This document shows, piece after piece, positions 58,206-64,000 of a DNA stretch of 64,000 nucleotides (the stretch's first letter is position 1; each line of letters begins with the position of its first letter). A program made the translations under genes and the position numbers. Under the pieces are notes generated by a model, which saw nothing but the letters and a program-made list of their open reading frames with translations, was not told where the DNA came from and made no database searches. This DNA is from a virus: the IMG/VR virus record IMGVR_UViG_3300010354_015978, positions 32,001 to 96,000 of that record, one strand, 5' to 3'.

Positions 58206-58922
58206 TCAGAACTCCAATACCAAATGACTTCCCATGCGTTGCAGCACTTCGCGAGCCTGCTTGCTCCAACGATCATACAAGGCATCGTCTACCAAGCGGC
58301 AATGCTCCAGTGGGCCGGCATCGCGACCAATCCAGATGGGGTGATAATCAGGCCAGTTCACCACGATGAAGCGTCCCCGGAACTGCTGCACTATACGATC
58401 CCAGATGGGATCAAACACAGGCTCGGGAATGTGTTCCAGGCTTTCCACCATCATGATGGTATCAAATTCCGCCAAGGGAATTTCATCGATGACATCTTCA
58501 ATACCACGCGCGATGGGTACCGCGGACTGGTGCAAGCGACCAAAGTAGTGCTCGCCTGTGTCTCTGTACCAGCGATCGGCGCCGGGACTGAGCTCCACGC
58601 TGACGCAATCGATACCAAGATGCACTAGAGTATTGGCCACTTCACCGCGACCACCACCGATCTCCAAAACCTTTTGCGGCCGGCGCTTGCCCCAGGCACG
58701 TATAAACTCCACCTGCTGGTCAATGTTGTAGCCATGCTGCTCAAATCTACCATTGGGCGTGACTTGGAAGCAGCCCGGGAAGGTTTCGTATAGTTTGGTG
58801 TAGCCGATGTCGTGCGCATAACACACCGCAGCCATGGCGTCTCCGAACTTCAAAGCCCGAGCTCGCCAACTGGCTATGCCATCACTGTGGGTGAAATACC
58901 CGTAATTGTAGATGTCTTTCAT
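58206..58922 (-). CDS. Class I SAM-dependent methyltransferase
   Basis: VLEIGGGRG, FDTI...ESLEHI. Confidence 0.75.
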   Translation of the reverse strand: MKDIYNYGYFTHSDGIASWRARALKFGDAMAAVCYAHDIGYTKLYETFPGCFQVTPNGRFEQHGYNIDQQVEFIRAWGKRRPQKVLEIGGGRGEVANTLVHLGIDCVSVELSPGADRWYRDTGEHYFGRLHQSAVPIARGIEDVIDEIPLAEFDTIMMVESLEHIPEPVFDPIWDRIVQQFRGRFIVVNWPDYHPIWIGRDAGPLEHCRLVDDALYDRWSKQAREVLQRMGSHLVLEF

Positions 58923-59482
58923 CAGCCCTCGTACACAGCAGAGTTGGCATCGTGCTCAAACACTTCCACGCTGCGCAGGCGCACACCCAGGCCCACGGGA
59001 TAGCGTGGGCGATGCACTTTGCCTGTGGGCATGCCCCATGCTTCGCCGCGCTGATAGGTTTCCAAGATGTCCTGCATGGTCTTGTAGGCCAGCTCGGCGA
59101 ATTTTTCACAGCCCACAGCGTCTACTACACGCAGGTCGCAAACAGCACCACGCTCGTTGGGCGCACGGCTCTTGACGTTGTTGTTGCCGTCTGCAGTCAC
59201 GAGATCATTCATCTGCTGGAAAAACGCCAAGTGCGGATCGTCGCGAGCAATCAGCAGTGTGTGATCAAACATGTACTCTGCCCACTCCTTGAAGGCTTTG
59301 AGACCTCCGAAGTCCATGACCCAGTTGCGATCATCCAAGGTCTCGCTTTCAAACACCAGCCGGATGCCGATGCTGTAACCATGCAGCAGGCTGCAATGGC
59401 TGTGTGTGCTGCGCCACTGCCGGAAGCAGCAGCTCAAGCCACGGTCGTTACCGTAAGTTTTGGTTGATAGATATTTGGCCAT
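58922..59482 (-). CDS. queD: 6-carboxytetrahydropterin synthase
   Basis: HCSLLHGY, WVMDFGGLK, FDH, GCE, EH..NSA. Confidence 0.88.
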   Translation of the reverse strand: MAKYLSTKTYGNDRGLSCCFRQWRSTHSHCSLLHGYSIGIRLVFESETLDDRNWVMDFGGLKAFKEWAEYMFDHTLLIARDDPHLAFFQQMNDLVTADGNNNVKSRAPNERGAVCDLRVVDAVGCEKFAELAYKTMQDILETYQRGEAWGMPTGKVHRPRYPVGLGVRLRSVEVFEHDANSAVYEG

Positions 59483-59554
59483 CTTTAGTCTCCACAGTCT
59501 AAGATGGCATGCAGAATATTTAGAGTGGGATGAATGCCGAAGTCCACTTGAACT

Positions 59555-59583
59555 AGTGTACGCGGATATTTAGTGAAAGTCAA
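59555..59583 (-). promoter_or_regulatory. Sigma70 promoter of queD (TAAATA in spacer)
   Basis: TTGACT-N17-TACACT. Confidence 0.7.
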
Positions 59584-59963
59584 CACTGTCGGTAAGAACC
59601 CGTGCGGTAGTTGGCCTGGCCTGGTATGACACCACGCACGCCACCTACAGGGTCAGGGGTATCACCATGACGCCGTGGTATGAGATGCACATGCGGATAC
59701 ATCACGGTCTGTCCCGCAGCAATGCCACGATTGATGCCCACGTTGTACCCATCAGCCAGTCCCTGCGACACCAAGTCATCACCGTGTTTGTGTGCTGCTC
59801 GATAACAGTCCATGACATGGTCCAAGGTGTTCCAGCGCGGCACAAACAGCAGGTGTCCGGGTGCCACAGGAAATCGATCTCGGAATACCACATAGGTGGC
59901 ACCTTGAGTCTCGATGTCCTGCCAGGGCGCCACTCCCTCAGATTGTGCCTGTGCCAGATCCAT
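59580..59963 (-). CDS. HIT family hydrolase
   Basis: FPVAPGHLL, AAGQTVMYPHVHLIPR. Confidence 0.92.
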   Translation of the reverse strand: MDLAQAQSEGVAPWQDIETQGATYVVFRDRFPVAPGHLLFVPRWNTLDHVMDCYRAAHKHGDDLVSQGLADGYNVGINRGIAAGQTVMYPHVHLIPRRHGDTPDPVGGVRGVIPGQANYRTGSYRQC

Positions 59964-59964
59964 G

Positions 59965-60903
59965 TCAGTCCTGTTCTTCTAAATCTTCCCAGCCATATTT
60001 CAGCAGTTCTTCATAGTTCCATTCAGTGTCGCCCTTGGGCATGTAGCCTACGCTGGCGTGAAAACCTTTGCCCCAGGTGCTGAGATAGTCCATATCAACT
60101 GACAATGGTTTCTTGTCATAGAAATATTGATTAATATGTGTAGTCATGGTGTTTTCACAAACACCAAACACTAACTTATTGACATCAAAATCATCACCAT
60201 AAGTTTCTACAACTACACGAAGGAAACTACCTTTTTGTGCATCATAGCACATCAATACTGGTACTGGGTCAACAAGTCCTTTCTTGGTATCGTGTACAAA
60301 CATTTCTGTGCTATAAACGTGTTTCCTATTGTCTGTATTGTAATCCTTGCCTACACCTTTTTCTGTGTACTTTTTTTGGCTCCAATCAAAATTGCGCTTC
60401 TTGGTTTCCTTGTCGTCCCAATCCACAGCACCATCCACATACACAGCCTTGGGATGCAGCACAATCTCAGTAACAGTAAATGAACTGTATTCGCTGCTGA
60501 CAACAGTATCGTGTTCGATACCATCTAGTTCCCAATATTCTACATACTTACGACCTGGCGCAACTTCGGGGCTGTTACTATCAAAGCCGCCCTCTTCTTC
60601 GTCGGACTCACTGTCCTCGTCATCGGTATCTTCATCAAAGTCATCACCATATGCTGCCTTTTCGTGCATGGCCAGGATATGATCTGACAACAGATGCTTG
60701 CGATCTTCATCAAGCCAATACTGCACGAATTCTTCTGATACAGTATCTACCATGAGTTCGCCACCATAGCCACCAAAGTCCAGCATGAAGTAACGTTTGC
60801 CGGCGTGTGGGTCAACAACTTTCTTGACGGCCTTTTTCTTGGCGGTCTTTTTGTTGGCAGAGATCTTCTTGGCAGGTTTGTCCTTGGACTTAGGCTTGGC
60901 CAT
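59965..60903 (-). CDS. Hypothetical protein with basic N-terminus and acidic tract
   Basis: 312 aa ORF; Lys-rich start, D/E tract. Confidence 0.75.
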   Translation of the reverse strand: MAKPKSKDKPAKKISANKKTAKKKAVKKVVDPHAGKRYFMLDFGGYGGELMVDTVSEEFVQYWLDEDRKHLLSDHILAMHEKAAYGDDFDEDTDDEDSESDEEEGGFDSNSPEVAPGRKYVEYWELDGIEHDTVVSSEYSSFTVTEIVLHPKAVYVDGAVDWDDKETKKRNFDWSQKKYTEKGVGKDYNTDNRKHVYSTEMFVHDTKKGLVDPVPVLMCYDAQKGSFLRVVVETYGDDFDVNKLVFGVCENTMTTHINQYFYDKKPLSVDMDYLSTWGKGFHASVGYMPKGDTEWNYEELLKYGWEDLEEQD

Positions 60904-61045
60904 GGCGTTGTTCCTCTAGCCGCGCCTTGAGTTGTTCAAACATGTATTCGATGCTGAGATTATCAAGTTCGAACTCTGTATCGTGTACGTTTTCGTTTAC
61001 CACGACAACTTTTTTACCACTATCAGTTTCCAATGTCAGTTTCAT
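60890..61045 (-). CDS. Hypothetical protein
   Basis: GAGGA RBS, MKLTLETDSG. Confidence 0.55.
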   Translation of the reverse strand: MKLTLETDSGKKVVVVNENVHDTEFELDNLSIEYMFEQLKARLEEQRHGQA

Positions 61046-61192
61046 CTTGGGTCCTCTTGTTTCAATCTTTCGCAATACGATGCCGGGGCTCTGAGAACAG
61101 TTTGAATTGCGGCAGCAACACAAAGCTCAACAAAAAAACAGCGCCCAACAACATCAGTATGGGGGTCAGCAGTAATTTCGCTACAAAATTTT

Positions 61193-61402
61193 TCAAGTAT
61201 TGAAGTACCATATGATCCCGAAAAGCATCATGAATGCACAGGTCACGGCCAGCTCGCCCAACAACGATATGCGTTGTTTTTGTTGTGGACATCCGCCCTG
61301 CTGGTAATCGCAGAACTGTATGGGTCGGCCTAGATCGTCTAATTGACGATTACATCCTTCCACTGGACATCGATCCGGGGTTGATTTTGTTCTCTGGAAC
61401 AT
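61193..61402 (-). CDS. Small Cys-rich membrane protein
   Basis: C..GC...CDY.QG.CP plus C-terminal TM helix. Confidence 0.5.
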   Translation of the reverse strand: MFQRTKSTPDRCPVEGCNRQLDDLGRPIQFCDYQQGGCPQQKQRISLLGELAVTCAFMMLFGIIWYFNT

Positions 61403-61403
61403 G

Positions 61404-61568
61404 TCAGGCCACAATGTTATATTGTTCGCGCAGGATTTTTTTGTAGGGCTTGCCTTCTTCTATGAGCCGGCAAACTAACTTGAGTCGGTCGGCCAATTCA
61501 GCCTCGTTGGTCATTTCCAGTTTGACTACAATGGTGCGAAGTTCGTCTAGTGTGATGGGAAGATCCAT
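61404..61568 (-). CDS. Hypothetical protein (54 aa)
   Basis: MDLPITLDELR with AGGA RBS. Confidence 0.55.
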   Translation of the reverse strand: MDLPITLDELRTIVVKLEMTNEAELADRLKLVCRLIEEGKPYKKILREQYNIVA

Positions 61569-61584
61569 GTCAAGTTCCTATGTG

Positions 61585-62352
61585 TTACTGGTGGCCCTTC
61601 ATGCTCAAGCAGATGTCGTAGAACTCTTGCTTGAGTGCGGGATCTGTGGCAAAAGCGCCCAGCATGATGGCAGTGGTCATGTCAGACTCATGCTCGCGAA
61701 CACCGCGCTGTGTCATGCAGTGGTGCTCGGCCTTGACCACCACAGCGATGTGCTGGGTCTTGGCGTACTTTTTCAAGGCTTCTGCAATCTGTGTGGTCAT
61801 TTCTTCCTGGATCTGTGGACGCTCGCAGATGTGATGCACCAAGCGATTGAACTTGCTGAGACCAATCACCTCATCTTCGGGCACTATGCCCACCCAGCAT
61901 CGACCCACGATGTTCTGGAAGTGATGCGCACAGGTACTGCGTATGCTGATAGGACCCGTGGTATACAGACTCTTGTAACCCATGTTGGGGAACGCAGTGA
62001 CCTTGGGCACAGGACGATAGCGCCCCGAGAAAGTTTCTTTCACAAACATCTTGGCCACGCGACGCGCGGTATCTCGGGTGTTGTGGTCATTGTCGGTGTC
62101 GATCACCAGGCTGTCCAATACACCCTTGAATTTGTCTGCTACCTCTTCTACTAGGGCATCGATCTCACCTTCCTTGATGAAATCGCTGATGTTGTCATTG
62201 GCATGGAAGCGAGCATTGCCTTGATTAACAATGCGCTCGCGGATGACCTGGCTCAAAGGACGGCCATCGGGGCTGACCAAGGCAATGGGCGCGGTGTCGA
62301 ATTCTTCATCGAATTCGTCCAAAAACTTGTAGTCTAGATTTTTCTCTGTCAT
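61585..62352 (-). CDS. folE: GTP cyclohydrolase I
   Basis: STCAHHF, IGLSKFNR, RPQIQE, HHCMTQRGV. Confidence 0.96.
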   Translation of the reverse strand: MTEKNLDYKFLDEFDEEFDTAPIALVSPDGRPLSQVIRERIVNQGNARFHANDNISDFIKEGEIDALVEEVADKFKGVLDSLVIDTDNDHNTRDTARRVAKMFVKETFSGRYRPVPKVTAFPNMGYKSLYTTGPISIRSTCAHHFQNIVGRCWVGIVPEDEVIGLSKFNRLVHHICERPQIQEEMTTQIAEALKKYAKTQHIAVVVKAEHHCMTQRGVREHESDMTTAIMLGAFATDPALKQEFYDICLSMKGHQ

Positions 62353-62417
62353 TGATATCTCCGAGTTATGGGTGGTGGATCACCATGAGTGTATTATAAG
62401 ATCTATTTAGGTCGCTG

Positions 62418-63002
62418 TCAAGGCACAACTGTGAACTGTCGTAGATCTGGGTAGGTAACATTCTGGACTTCGTATGGTTTTTTGGTCCGCAGCAAATCTA
62501 GGCCACGCACACAATCTTCCAGAGTGGGGCAGTAGTGAAAGCCTTGTGGATAGATCTGCTGCTTGGTCCAAGGCGAAAATCTCAAGTCTCGCCCATCACT
62601 GCGCATCTGGCTTAAACGAGCATAGGCATCAGCGTCGTCCAGCAGTATGGCACCAACCTTGCCGATATGCAGGGGTTTGGTGTTGCCGAAACTCAAGCAT
62701 TGCACCTGACCAGGTTTGTACATGCCGGGAGTTAGACAGCGTGCCGAATCCCAGATGTTGGTACCATGAAATCGATACTGTCCTTGCCAGGGCTCGTCCA
62801 ACAATAGATACTTGACGCCCAACAGTTCCATGGTCTGCACCACGCTGAGATAGGTGAAGGCAGTGAACTCACATCTGCGGACTTTGTAGTATCGGAAAGC
62901 CAGCTCAATGGCATGAGTGCAACCATCTGTCAAGACCACATATGGTGCACATGTATATGCCGACAGCGCGGATTCAAACTCAAACAGCCGATCAAAGGTC
63001 AC
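62418..63002 (-). CDS. Short DegT-like PLP aminotransferase
   Basis: DGCTHAIEL, WDSA, CLSFGNTKPL.IG.VGAIL. Confidence 0.75.
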   Translation of the reverse strand: MTFDRLFEFESALSAYTCAPYVVLTDGCTHAIELAFRYYKVRRCEFTAFTYLSVVQTMELLGVKYLLLDEPWQGQYRFHGTNIWDSARCLTPGMYKPGQVQCLSFGNTKPLHIGKVGAILLDDADAYARLSQMRSDGRDLRFSPWTKQQIYPQGFHYCPTLEDCVRGLDLLRTKKPYEVQNVTYPDLRQFTVVP

Positions 63003-63949
63003 AGCGAATACCACTTCCAGGCAGTTTCAATGATGTCCTTGAGCGTGTGTTCTGGCTGCCATCCCGCGGCCAGTCGGAACTTGTCGCTGTTGGCAGTGAG
63101 CATGGCAGGATCACCCGGGCGCCGCGGACCATCGCTGACCACGGGGTTCCTGCCCAGCACTTCGCTCACAGCAGCAATGATCTCGCGATTGCTGACGCCT
63201 CGATCACTGCCGAGATTGTACACGCCACTCTCCACCTTGCTGTCCAAGGCCATGACATGTGCTTCAGCGATATCAGCTACGTGCAGGTAATCTCTCACGC
63301 AGGTACCGTCTGCAGTATCATAGTCGGTGCCCATGAGCCTGAATTCTTTATTGTCGCGCAGGCTTTCCAGCAATCGAGCAATGATGTGCGAGGCTCCGGG
63401 ATATTGGCCGTGTCGCTGCATGGGGTCAGCGCCGCAGGCATTGAAGTAGCGGAACGCCACGTATTTCAGGCCATAGGCCCGGCGGTAACTTTCCATCATC
63501 CACTCGATCATGCGCTTGCTTTCGCCATAGGGTGAGATTGGTTCCGCGGGGTCAATCTCCTGCACCGGTACCATGATGGGTTCACCATACACCGCGGCGC
63601 TGCTGCTGAAGATCACGCGGGCTCCTTCGGCCACCGCACGGCCTTCCAGCAGCGACATGGTCTTGACAAAGTTGTTGTAGTAGTAGGTGCTGGGATCTAC
63701 CATGCTGGGACCTACCAGACTGGTACCGCCGCAGTGGATGATTGCATCACATTGACTGCTGTGCATGGTGCTCAAGGAGTTTGGATCGGCAAAATCCTGC
63801 ATGTAAAAATCATCAAAGAATGCCGACAACCGTGTGGGCACCGGGCGCAGGTCAAACCCTATGACTCGATGTCCGTGTTGTTTGAGATGGATCGCGGTCT
63901 GACCGCCGATGTATCCTGTGGCGCCGGTCACTACTACTGTTTTTGTCAT
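62999..63949 (-). CDS. galE: UDP-glucose 4-epimerase
   Basis: TGATGYIG, SSSAAVYG, YGESK, RYFNACGA, DGTCVRDYLHV. Confidence 0.92.
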   Translation of the reverse strand: MTKTVVVTGATGYIGGQTAIHLKQHGHRVIGFDLRPVPTRLSAFFDDFYMQDFADPNSLSTMHSSQCDAIIHCGGTSLVGPSMVDPSTYYYNNFVKTMSLLEGRAVAEGARVIFSSSAAVYGEPIMVPVQEIDPAEPISPYGESKRMIEWMMESYRRAYGLKYVAFRYFNACGADPMQRHGQYPGASHIIARLLESLRDNKEFRLMGTDYDTADGTCVRDYLHVADIAEAHVMALDSKVESGVYNLGSDRGVSNREIIAAVSEVLGRNPVVSDGPRRPGDPAMLTANSDKFRLAAGWQPEHTLKDIIETAWKWYSL

Positions 63950-64000
63950 TGTGGATCCTTGTTTAGTTGATATTTGGCGGCGGGCACATGATCACGATAG

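Overview
This 64 kb window comes from a large (jumbo-type) tailed phage, probably with a Proteobacterial host. The tmRNA tag ANDDLYALAA, the ahpC/ahpD pair and sigma70 promoters point to a beta-proteobacterium, though that is inference. Layout: (1-14.4 kb) a sugar or small-molecule modification cluster with three twitch/SPASM radical SAM genes, a carbamoyltransferase, an amidinotransferase, an SGNH-like protein, GT-like proteins, a DegT aminotransferase and an epimerase; (14.7-20 kb) thyX and a MoxR AAA / VWA-metallopeptidase pair; (21-32 kb) a minus-strand translation island with 24 tRNAs, a circularly permuted two-piece tmRNA and several candidate structured ncRNAs; (32-36 kb) a collagen-repeat tail fibre and its chaperone; (36-39.5 kb) ahpC-ahpD-2OG oxygenase behind a near-perfect OxyR box, divergent from terC behind a yybP-ykoY (Mn) riboswitch; (40-51 kb) small hypotheticals, a solitary tRNA-Ile2, a GIY-YIG protein and an RNase H-like exonuclease; (51-64 kb) folE/queD/queE 7-deazaguanine genes interleaved with PRTase, GT2, methyltransferase, MazG-like and HIT genes, plus galE. 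The most striking unannotated element sits at the head of the tRNA island. A near-consensus sigma70 promoter drives a 41-codon leader peptide that contains all 20 amino acids (35 distinct codons). Its stop codon lies in an antiterminator arm that competes with an intrinsic terminator. This is a candidate ribosome-mediated attenuator that could sense loss of any tRNA and switch on the phage tRNA/tmRNA array. All calls were made by eye; no searches or folding programs were run.
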